Shown here piece after piece: positions 1-12,406 of a stretch of DNA of 64,000 nucleotides. Below the pieces are notes generated by a model that was not told where the DNA came from, did not search any database, and worked only from the letters and a program-made list of their open reading frames with translations. This stretch comes from the human T2T-CHM13v2.0 reference genome, Homo sapiens: assembly GCF_009914755.1 (NCBI RefSeq), contig NC_060936.1. One strand, written 5' to 3'. How positions within the stretch are numbered: position 1 is the stretch's first letter; each line of letters starts with the position of its first letter. The position numbers were made by a program, and so were the translations under genes.

Positions 1-927
1 CACCCATTCTCTATTGGTAGACATGAAGATGATTTCCATTTTTTTAAAATCATAAACAACACTGCAGTAAACATTCTTATATATACATCTTAAACATTTA
101 TCCAATTAAATCCTTGGATAAATTTCAAGAAGTTGAATTACCTGGTCAAAGGACATGTAGTTTACATTTTGAAACATATTTCCAGACTGACCTCCATAAA
201 GTCTGAGGGTCTATACTCCCACTACAGTGCAAGGCGCACACTTCTCCATACCCTTCCTAGCAGTTATCATTTTAACCTTAGCCAATATGAAAGTACAGAA
301 ATGTTATTTATTGTTTGAACTTGCATCACATTCATGAAGTAAGTGTCTTTTTATATGTTCATGTTATTTATTTTATTTCTTTTTTGGTAGACAAGCTATT
401 TATATCTTTAGTACCCCCCATCCCTTTTTTTCTATTTGTGTGTTTGCTTTTCTCTAATTCATATATAAGATAGCTTCCTGTTACTTGAACCAAATGGTTT
501 TTCTAGGTTTTCATTTGTCTTCTATCTTTGTTAAAGAAAACTTAATTTTTATGCAGCTAGATAGCTCAGTTTTTTCCCAAATGTTTGCCTTAATGGTTTA
601 AGGATACTCTGATGATGAGAAAGGAGTCTCACTTTTCTCAAGGGTGAAAAATATTTATCCAAATTCCACAAATAAGGAAACCTAAAGTTAAATCACTCAA
701 TCTATGTTACTTAGATAACACTGCAAGATCCATAATTTAAGAATGACATTATCATTTTTATTTCACAAGTGTATAGTTTAGCATTAAAATTTACACAAGG
801 AGAAACAGGGTAGAACCAGGGTTCTCACTGCGGGAGAAAGAAGGTGAAAAATAGTTAACTCTTGATTTCTTAGTAACATGCATTTCTAAGCTCTGTGCCT
901 TGAAAACGGTCTAGAAGCAGTGACACT

Positions 928-1179
<252 letters not shown>

Positions 1180-1313
1180 TTAATAGAAATAGTGAAAATA
1201 AAATATTTGAAAGGATTAAGGAGGGACACACTACCTACCTTACTTTTTTCAATGTTTTATTTTGAAAAAATTTCAAACCTATAGAAAAGTAGTAAAAAAT
1301 AGTACAGCGAATA

Positions 1314-1365
1314 GCCTCAGCCTCCCAAAGTGCTAAGATTACAGGCATGAGCCACCATATCTGGC
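1314..1365 (-). mobile_element. Alu 5'-end fragment (~50 bp)
   Basis: GCCTCAGCCTCCCAAAGTGCTAAGATTACAGGCATGAGCCACC is the reverse complement of the Alu 5' end. Confidence 0.85.
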
Positions 1366-1542
1366 TTATTTCTACTAATTTCTATATTAAGATCCCAATA
1401 ATTTAACTGTTCCATAACCTACACATTATGAAATAATAATGGTTAAGAGACGCCAGAAATGTAATGCTCTTAAGTATAAAGCCTCTAAATTAAGTCATAT
1501 ATAATTAGCATGATTGCCTAGAAACACTGCTCTTCAAAATAA

Positions 1543-1740
1543 AGTGGGCCATCCATATCCATGGGTACTGCATCTACAGATTCAACCAATTATGGATAAA
1601 AGATATTCTGAGGAAAAAAATCCATGAAGTTCCGAAAAGTAAAACTTGAATTTGCCATGTACTGAGTACTACGTTGAACCCACATGAATGAACTGATGTG
1701 CAGGCATTGTAATAGGTATTACAAGAAATCTAGAGATACC
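1543..1740. mobile_element. MER2-like Tc-Mar/Tigger fragment
   Basis: CCATATCCATGGGTACTGCATCTACAGATTCAACCAA...AAAACTTGAATTTGCC...ATAGGTATTACAAGAAATCTAGAGAT resembles the MER2 consensus from memory. Confidence 0.6.
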
Positions 1741-2824
1741 TAAAACTAATAAGCTCCATGAAGGCAGGAATCTGGTCTGTTTTGCGCCTCAGTGTATCTC
1801 TAGCCCACAGGAAGACTGCATGGTACAAAGTGGGCAGTGAAGAACATTTCTAGGATTAAGGAATTAGTTGTATTGTTAAAACCAGAATCTTAGGAGATTC
1901 CAAACCATAAAATCATTTTTTCCTTTCACTTAATTCCATTACCAACTTCCATTTGTATGTTTTTAAATCTTTGGATTTATAAAAACCCAAGGTAGAAAAA
2001 AACCATGACCAGTAAAGTTTTATATTCAGGTCTTAATAAATACTTATTCTTAATTTGACCTAAATACAGTACCTGAGTTTTCTGTTTATTCTAAAAATCA
2101 GGTGCTCACAACTATTCTACAGTCCTATAAAACTCTACAAAATGTGCACTTTCACAATTTGCCACTTCTGAATAGGACCCTCCTATCATCCCCTGTAACA
2201 CACCACCAAGCCTTGGACTCCATTAAGCAGCTCCTGAGTGCATGCAAAGAAGCTCAGAGAGCCACACTGCTGCCTTTTAGTCCCTTCAACAAAGTAAGCT
2301 CAGTAAGTGTTAACAACTGAACCACCCTATTTTCTTATATACTGCCTCGTTTCCTTTCTTAGTTCACTATACTCACCTACTTAGTTAGGCCTAACTAATA
2401 CAGACAGTAATCTTTATATTAATATTAGCAGAGAGCAAAAATGATACGAAATCAATCATATAAGACTTTTAAATAAAACGAATATATTTATAAATTGATG
2501 CCACCCATAATTTAAACAGCGAAACTACACAAACTTAGGATTTCACTGTTACTTGTTATAAAGCAAATAATTTGACCAGTAGAGGGCACTCACAAAAGTG
2601 GGGAGAGCTTCACAGCCTTGAAGAGAAATGATTTATAAAATTGCTGTGTGTCTCTGATTTTAAAAACAGAATGTTTTAATAGAAGACTGGAGTAAGCTAA
2701 CATATCATTAACGTACAAAAGTTAAAGTTTAAATCTTTGTTATACTTGAAAATCTAACATAAACCTTATGTCAGGGACATGAATTTGACAATTTAAAGGA
2801 TGTTTAAAGCTACAGGTTAACATA

Positions 2825-3075
2825 TCAAGGTTTGGATCTTAACACCATTGAGGTTTGGGGTCAGATAACCCTGTTGTGGGGGCTTTCCCGTGCACTGCAG
2901 GAAGTTTAATATTAGGTTGGTGCAAAGGTAACTGCAGCTTTGCCATTTAAAGTAATAGCATCTACTCAATAGATGCCAGTAGCAGTACTCTCTCCCCAAG
3001 TTGTGGCAACCAAAAACATCTCCAGATGTTGCCAAATGTCCCCTGGAGGGCAGTTACCCAACCATCCCTCATTGA
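2825..3075 (+). mobile_element. MER20 (hAT-Charlie) with nested half MADE1 at ~2910-2957
   Basis: MER20 motifs GTTGTGGGGGCT..CCCGTGCACTGCAGGA and CCCCAAGTTGTGGCAACCAAAAACATCTCCAGATGTTGCCAAATGTCCCCTGG; internal TATTAGGTTGGTGCAAAGGTAACTGCAG..TTTGCCATT is an Hsmar1/MADE1 terminal inverted repeat (TIR). Confidence 0.75.
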
Positions 3076-6000
3076 TTACTAAAGATATATGTATAAACTC
3101 AGAAGAATAGCAGCTTACAAATTACATAAGGCTTTTCTTATACCAGTCTTCAGTATCAGTTTAATTTTACAAATTTTCTCTCTATAATCTACATACTTCA
3201 TTCGTAGGTAAAATGAATTCTACAATGAACATGGAAAAATAAAAATAAAATAAAAATTAAAATAAACCTTGGTAAATAAATACTCTACAGCTCAGAACAC
3301 TAAAGATGAAACAAACCAATCCAATGATTAATCTGGTCTTCCTTACTGAATAGGAAACTGTTCCATCAAAGAGGGGCATAATACTTGAACTGAATTATAA
3401 GTGCCACAATAAAAGCATGCTGATGTCAAACAATTAGAGCCTGGGAAAAAATACTTCCTGCTATATTTATTCTTACTAGCATATTATATACAGTAGATAC
3501 TTAATATATATTTGGTAAGTGATCAACTAATCATTCTGATCTCTGTAACTACCTACATTTTTTTAAAACGAGACTTTTCCTCTTCCACCAAATTTTACCT
3601 TAGAAAAAAAACTTCAGGGTTTTGATAATAAATGATCTCTGAACTATAAAGGTATATATTTCTAGCCAAGTATTGTGTTTGGGGGCTATTTTGAGTTTTC
3701 AATAATCTTGCCCTAATAACGAGGTATTTCATTATCTCTTTAGTGGGCTTCATAAAAGATAACAATATATACTTCACAATACAAGTAAAGGTGATTATGT
3801 GCACAGCCTCGAATACAAACATACTCCATCTATGTGTCATACCTGAATGATTTTACATCATACCTCTGCCACTAAGTTGCCATTAGATAGCAGGCTAAGT
3901 TCAAATTTTGGTATACTTACAAATCTGAATTAGTCTCCATTAGTAAATATTTTCTTAATTTGAAAGATAGCTAATTTTCAGTTTTAAAAAGTTATACAAG
4001 AGTACAGTGCAAATTCTACTTAACTTGGTCTCAGAGAATTTAAATTGAAATCCTACCACTTATTAGCTACGTATCCTTAGATGAGTTACAACCTCTCAGA
4101 GACATTATTGAAAGAAACAATAGCCACCCTCCTTACTATCTCTTAGTGTAAATTTTGAAAAATCTAAATCACCAAAAAATACAGTATTACTTGATTTAAA
4201 TTTTTAAAAAATTTATTTCCATTTTAAATGTAGAAAAACTGCTAATAATTCCAAAATGTGCAGTCATATCCTTTCTAATTTTCTCTCTGACCCACACGGA
4301 TTGGTAAATACCAATCAAAACCTGCAATGGCAGTGAAATCCCCATATCCTCCTAAATTTTTAACTTTTTACAATAACATGGAGTCAGCATTTCCATTTAA
4401 CCAACTATTTAACTACTAAGTTCTCCTGCCTTTCTTACAGTTTAACTACACCAAGAACTTAATGTAATGTGTCAGTTCCCTCAGAGACTCACTGTAACTT
4501 GGGAGATAAGAGATAATCTCAGATACCTTTTCCCAGGTGACTAAACTACGTCAGGGACCGTCAGTTTCAAAGTTCACAGGTAACCAATGCTTCCCAGAGT
4601 CAAGTCTTCTGGTTTGGCAGAAATCATAAGCAGAGTTATAGGTTTAAGTTTATAAACTTTTTCAGCCTTCCGCCCAAATAAAGGCTTAACTGTTAGCTTT
4701 ATTTCTTCAACATTTATATTGCATTTTAACAATCATTAGCAAAAGGTTTCCTAACCCACTTTATCACATTCATGACGTCATGCTGTATATACTCATATAG
4801 CACTCATGACCTCTGATTGGAAACAAAGTGTAATGGAATTTCTCAGATTTTCAGGGAAGACAGACAGCATTTCCAGTAAAATCACCTTCCAAAATCCCAG
4901 GAAAACTTTCAGGCATAAAGTGAATTATATTAAAACTTCCTTTTACATCTGATTTAAATAGTAGAGTCTGCCAAGTAACCCTGAATTTGCAATACAGATT
5001 AAAATGGGTGCACTATTCAAACCTCTTCAAAGAAACAAAACTATAGTACACATTGAATTAACTTGTCAAAAGTAAATATACAGAGACTATTGCATAGGCA
5101 GTCTACTTCAATTAGACTGTTCCCCTTTACTGCTGTAAATTCTTAAAATTGGAAGCCAAATAAAGTTGTTTCTATGTTTAAATCAAATCTTTGCAAATAG
5201 GCATTATTTCTCCACTTTTTTATAGTACCAAAAATATGTGACGTTTCCTTATGATTAGTTATCTAATCAATTCTCCAGGTTCTAAACTGCATAAATATCT
5301 TCCCAAGGCCACCCAATGCCCTCAGAACTTGCCTCAGCGCAAAGTGTCTCTTCAAGACACTACACAGTACAGTACGTTAATAAGGCACTTTGACCTGTTC
5401 TAGATTTCACAGCTTGGAACTTGAAGAAAGTTCTTAGAAATTTTTCAGAACTGATTTTTTTAAATTAGTACACTAGATGTAGAATAAATGCTAAAGTATT
5501 AGGACTGCTTAACCCAGGGTAAAGAAGCCTAAGAAACAATCTAACAATATAGGGCTATTTCAAAGACAAGGCGATATGCTTATTTTCCATCTCCACTGAT
5601 GTTAAATTTAACATGAAGATCCAAATTACATGTAAAATATGCTAATAAATATGTTCTGAAAATGAGTTAACAAGGACAGTTGGGGAATGTCCCCTCCTGG
5701 AGGTCTTTGAGATTAAATAAATCCTCATCTGCTTGGGATGGAAGTTCTACTCCATGACCTTCAAGGTGTCTTACAGGTCTTTACTTATCATTCTGCTGCT
5801 GGTCTTTACTTTGGTAAATTTTCATTAAACTAAAAAAATCTGAAAATAATCCTCAAAAACATGATAACAATTTAAATTTACTCAAGGAATTTTTTTTTAA
5901 ATCCTAGTATTTCCTTGAGTAAATTTAAAAATGACAACAAAGCAAAGGTAAAGTTGGTAATAGTACCTTTATATAAACCACACCTTAGGCAAATAATTCA

Positions 6001-6324
6001 TTTTGTAAAATTTATCCGGTAGTTGTAGGTTCTCTAATGTTGAGAAGAAGATAGGAAAATACTGCTGATGAAGTTTAAAAAAATCAACCATCAAACAATT
6101 ATATTTCACTAGTACAATTAAATCTAACCTTTACATATGATGTCACAATACCAAGAAACCCATAAAAATAAAAGTTACAATAAAAAGATTGTCTTTTAGG
6201 TCCAGATAGGATACAAATTTCTACCCTCTCACGAAACTCTGAAATACACTTCCAATCAAAATGCACAGAGAGTGAACATCATGGACCCTGACATACTCCC
6301 AAGGAAAGTAAAGTTCCCATATTA

Positions 6325-6606
<282 letters not shown>

Positions 6607-7284
6607 TTATAATAAAAATAATGAAAATGTGACTATATTAGAACATGTCACACATAAGGTTAATACACTATCAAATACTCCACCAGTACCTTTTAATACA
6701 AACTCACCTTTATATGAAAAATTATTTCAAAATACCTTACAAAATTCAATCATGAAAATTCCAGTTGACTGCAGACGTGTATCGTAATGAACTGTACTTC
6801 ATTTACAAACTCCTCCATCGACGCTTAAGAAAAATGCATAAATGCTACATAGACAGTTCTTTTATCTTAAAATCAAGTTGTTCTATCTAAATAGCCAGAC
6901 TGCTGTTCTGCGGCGGCTAAAGGCTCTCAAAGGATCATATCATGACTTCACTCATGTAGAGACTTCACAGTGCTCTACACCCTGTAGCACACCCTCACAA
7001 AAGTTGCTGACAGCTATCTCCACTCTTATTGTTACAGTTTTCCTAGTGGACCCCCACCTCTAAGTGTTAGAAGTCAATATGCAACAGCTACAGAAAAACT
7101 TTTAAAGCATCATGGCAGTAGTTCTCTTGGATAAATATTAACAGTAAGAATCAGATGAGAGTTGAGAGAATGAGTGTCAAATAAAGCTGGATTGTGTCAT
7201 GGGGAAATAAAAATTTAAACACTGAGGCAAAGAAGAACAATATTTGACGACATTTTAATGTGTGAAATATCTCTGGGGAAAATA

Positions 7285-7380
7285 GGAGTCCGAGGTTGCA
7301 ATGAGCCGAGATGGCGCCACTGCACTCCAGCCTGGCGATAGAGCAAGACTCCGTCTCAAAAAAAAAAAAAAAAAAAAAAA
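7285..7380 (+). mobile_element. Heavily 5'-truncated Alu with perfect 16-bp TSD
   Basis: GAGGTTGCAATGAGCCGAGAT...CTCCGTCTC followed by A23; TSD ATCTCTGGGGAAAATA at 7269-7284 and 7380-7395. Confidence 0.92.
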
Positions 7381-7486
7381 TCTCTGGGGAAAATAACGCT
7401 AAAAACCAAGAGAACTCCGAATTAACTGTTCAGTACAATACATAATCCTGTATCACCGCTGCACAAAAAAAGATAAAGATTAGAAA

Positions 7487-8162
<676 letters not shown>

Positions 8163-9240
8163 TCAGTAATCCATGTGACTGTTACTCTTTGCTTTTCATA
8201 CACTGTCTCCCAAGAGGTGCATGAATATTGACAGATTGTATAACAAACACCATACAGAAAATAAAACATATTTTTTAGTTAGTTGTTTCAAATTTTTTGA
8301 AATAATATGAATGTTTAATTTCACCTCCTTTCCCTCATGTAACACATAATTATAAATAAGGAGAGAAATGCAGAAAAAAATGGGAGTAAATGCACAACTA
8401 TTTATTATAGGATGAGTAGCTCCAAATTAATGAATGTGCATATATTGTAGATAAACACTAAATATACACAGCATCATAATTGACTGAAGACCCAAAATAA
8501 TAATTTGGTTTCCCAAATGATAACATACTAACCTTACTCCTAAGCCCTGCCGCAAAAAGCACCACAGGCTAGAAAAATTGTATCACACACGGTCACGGCA
8601 TAGTTCCCCGCCTTACTCTGCTCTACCTAGACTTATTGGCTGCTTGTCTAGGGTGAAGTTAACAACCACTACAAACATGTATCTTATCCCGTTTGCCTCC
8701 ACGCTTTATTTCAAATGTAGGCCAAAGCAATTAGGAATAGATGAGGAGAATTACACTAAAATGTATCTTCTAGCTCTCTGCCTACCCCAACCTCCCCCCA
8801 ACCAGTTTGCATAGCCTAAAACAGTTCTCAAAATGTGGTCTAGGAACCCCTCAGGTTACTAAGACTTTTCTGGTGTGCAAGAGGTCAAAACTGTTTTCAT
8901 AATAACATTAAGATGTCCTTTACCCTTTTAACTCCCATTCTTTCACAAGTTTTCCAGATGTGTGATCATAATAGATTGAATGCAGATGCAGATATAAGAA
9001 TCCATATCTTCTATTAAGCCACATCATTAAAGAGATTTACTGAAGTGTGAAACAATACCACTTTTCTAAGTTTTGGTTTTGTTTTGGAAAATAGTTATTT
9101 TTCATAAAATATTTTATTCATGTTACCAAGTAATGGGCTTATTATTTTTAAATGAATACATTTTAAAAAATTGTTTTAATTTCCAATACGGTAAATATTA
9201 ATAAATCCCAAACAAATCAAAGATTTTTTTTAATCCTGGA

Positions 9241-9370
9241 TTTTTTTTTTCTTTATAACAAGGTCTCACTATGTTGAGTACGCTGGTCTCCAACTCCTGG
9301 CCTCAAGCGATCCTCCCGCCTCAGTCTCCCAAAGTGCTGGGATTACAGATAAGAGCCAATGTGCCCGGCC
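9241..9370 (-). mobile_element. FLAM / Alu left monomer
   Basis: Poly(T) followed by GGTCTCACTATGTTG...CCTCAAGCGATCCTCCCGCCTC...GTGCCCGGCC. Confidence 0.88.
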
Positions 9371-9394
9371 CCTTCGATAATTTTTAAGAGTGTA

Positions 9395-9672
9395 GGCCGG
9401 GTGTGGTGGCCTGTAATCCCAGCACTTTGGGAGGCTTAGGCGGGCGGATCACCTGAGGTCAGGAGGTCGAGACCAGCCTGGCCAACATGGTGAAATCCCG
9501 TATCTAAAAATACAATTAGCCCGGTGGCGGGAGCCTGTAATCCCGGCTACTCGGGAAGCTGAGGCGGGAGAATCGCTTGAGCCTGAGAGTCGGAGGTAGT
9601 AGCGGGCCGAGATCGCGCCACTGCATTCCGGCCTGGGTGACAGAGTGAGACTCTCTCTCTCAAAAAAACAAA
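9395..9672 (+). mobile_element. Alu (AluS-type, with small deletions)
   Basis: GGCCGGGTGTGGTGGC...GATCACCTGAGGTCAGG...; TSD-like AAGAGTGTAG / AAGAGGGTAG. Confidence 0.92.
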
Positions 9673-10358
9673 GAGGGTAGAGGGGTCGTTAAGGCCAAAA
9701 AGTTTACTAGCCTAGGAAATACTGTGGACAGACATTGGATTAGAGTTTGTGTATATATATGAATTCAGAGCCACATGTATCTTCCGGTTTACTTGTTTAT
9801 GCGGTGGTTGTTTCCAGAAAAAAAAAAAATTCCTTGAATGAGATTTTTAAAACCAAATCACATTTAAATCCACTAGAGAGAACTGGGTTCCAAAGGAGTC
9901 TTACCAAATGAAGATCATGGGCTGGGAGGGGATCCCTCACCGAGAGTTAGAAAAGCTAGTAAGGAGTGGACTGGACTCGAATCCAACAATTTTGTAATGG
10001 AAGAAAATTCATTTTTATTTTTCATAAAACTGAATTACCATCTACCATCTCTTAAAAGCAAATATACTGTGGATGGCTACAGTCTCAAAGTAAACTATTG
10101 TTAGCAACCATATTTGATATCTGTAGTCTATAACATGCAGAGTCAGCATTTTGGACCTCAGTCACTTCAGTGACACCAGTTTTATGGTTAATTCTGAGCT
10201 GATAATTACAAATAGACCTTTCCCATTTATAACTTATTTGTAAAATGATTTCTATTATAAACATAACATATACATTGTATAACAATTAGAAAACCTGTCT
10301 GTTTTGATGGATCTCAAGATTTAAGAAGGCTTAGACTTCAGCTATAAGATGCACATGC

Positions 10359-10864
<506 letters not shown>

Positions 10865-11973
10865 TTAGCTGGTGGATTGCTACAATTCCTCTGTAAGTTT
10901 AAAAAATCATGTAAGTGCTGTTTTGGAGTACTGTAATAACTCTTGAGATGTAGAACACATCTGCAAAATGAGGGTAGTATAAAAGAGACGAGGGGATGAG
11001 GGTAATACATAAGAAATAGGGGAAAGGACAAGAACAGGTAAATTAAACTTCAAGTACTATTTTTGCTATTGCTGTCTACACTCAACTAGCAAGGAAAAAG
11101 CCTTGCTTCTGCTCTGCGGGTTTTCTTCGGGTTTAACTTGACCAAGCAAAACAGACCATCTGGGATTAACTTTTTCCTTTTCACTGTAGGTCACAGGCTC
11201 TACGTGTAGGGTGTTGGCCACCTGTTCTTCCACCATCTCTACCTCCACCTCCTCCTTTGTGGCCACAGCAATGTCACAGCCCATACATGGGGGAGGGGAG
11301 CATTCAGGAACTCGGAGGCAGATGCATTTTTTTCCAAACACAATAACCTCAAACAGTGGTCTCTAAGCACTTTCCTATGCTCTTCCAAAACGTGACCTCC
11401 CCTCTTACTCACACATCCCCTACACACGGAAAAGGACCACTATCCGTCCAGCCTGCGCTCGAGGGAGAAGTTTATACCTTCGTCCTAGAGATGCCAAATG
11501 CAGCAGGGAAGGCTGGACCGAGGCAGCCGAGTGCTGGAAAGGGAGGCAAGAGGTGCGGGAGCGGGGAGAGGGGGAGGGGAGGCCGGGGCGCCGCGGGAGT
11601 AACCTCCACCGCACCCCACCGCTCCGAGGGGCAGCCGGCCCGGCCCGAGTTTCTCCCCAGAAGCCTCCAGCCGCGGCTCTCGGGGAGGAGGAAGGAAGGG
11701 GTTCCCCGTCCAGGAAGCAGCACCAGCGGCGACCGCCTCCAGCCTCACCCTCCTCAGCCCCGCACCGCCCATTCCTCACTCCCCGCGCCGCCGCGTCCGC
11801 GCGCCTCCCCCCTGCAGACCCCTCTCACCCAGCCCGCCCCGACCCCGCGCCCGCGCCCCCCACCCGCCCCTCCGGGGACCCCTAATTCATTCACTCGCCG
11901 CCGGCCCCGCCCGGCGCCGGCAAAGAGGGTCGGGACCCGGGCAGGGGCCCAGGAGGGGTGGTCCGCTCCGTAC

Positions 11974-12152
11974 CTCTCTCCCGCACCTGGGAGCCGCTGA
12001 GCCTCTGGCCCCGCCGCCGCCTTCAGTGCCTGCGCCGCGCTCGCTCCCAGTCCGAAATGGCGGGGGCCGGGAGTACTGGCCGAGCCGCCGCCACCTTCGC
12101 CGCCGCCACTGCCGCCGCCGCTGCTGCCTCCGCCGCCGCGGCCGCCGCCTAG
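11974..12152 (-). other. KRAS: KRAS exon 1 (non-coding 5'UTR; TSS end approximate)
   Basis: Minus strand reads CTAGGCGGCGGCCGCGG...CCCAGGTGCGGGAGAGAG|GTACGG, matching the KRAS mRNA leader as I recall it; donor GT at 11973-11972. No AUG in this exon. Confidence 0.93.
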
Positions 12153-12270
12153 GAAAATCGAGCTCCGAGCACACCGATGAGTTCGGGGCCGGGCGGCCGC
12201 AGAGGGCAGAGCTATCGATGCGTTCCGCGCTCGATTCTTCTTCAGACGGGCGTACGAGAGGGAGCGGCTG

Positions 12271-12302
12271 AGGGCGGTGTGGGAAGAGGGAAGAGGGGGA
12301 GG
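12271..12302 (+). promoter_or_regulatory. KRAS nuclease-hypersensitive element, proximal G-quadruplex (32R / G4-near)
   Basis: AGGGCGGTGTGGGAAGAGGGAAGAGGGGGAGG, the well-studied KRAS promoter G4 (MAZ and hnRNPA1 binding from established literature). Confidence 0.93.
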
Positions 12303-12316
12303 CAGCGAGCGCCGGC

Positions 12317-12406
12317 GGGGAGAAGGAGGGGGCCGGGCCGGGCCGGCGGGGGAGGAGCGGGGGCCGGGCCGGCGGAGGAAGGGGTGGCTGGGGCGGTCTA
12401 GGGTGG
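12317..12406 (+). promoter_or_regulatory. G4-mid and G4-far G-tract clusters of the KRAS promoter
   Basis: Many GGG+ runs: GGGGAGAAGGAGGGGGCCGGGCCGGGCCGGCGGGGGAGGAGCGGGGGCCGGG (12317-12368) and GGGGTGGCTGGGGCGGTCTAGGG (12381-12403). Confidence 0.8.

Larger units (their letters stand above)
8820..9710 (+). mobile_element. hAT-Charlie fossil (Charlie4a-like) interrupted by a FLAM and an Alu
   Basis: CAGTTCTCAAAATGTGGTC...GAGGTCAAAACTGTTTTCATAATAA...GAATGCAGATGCAGATATAAGAATCC; homologous in reverse complement to 20170-20590. Confidence 0.65.

Noticed and set aside
11974-12025. In-frame N-terminal extension in the canonical (11974 donor) mRNA
   Set aside because: An in-frame TGA lies 21 codons upstream of the AUG, and only GTG/CTG codons a few codons from the AUG are available.
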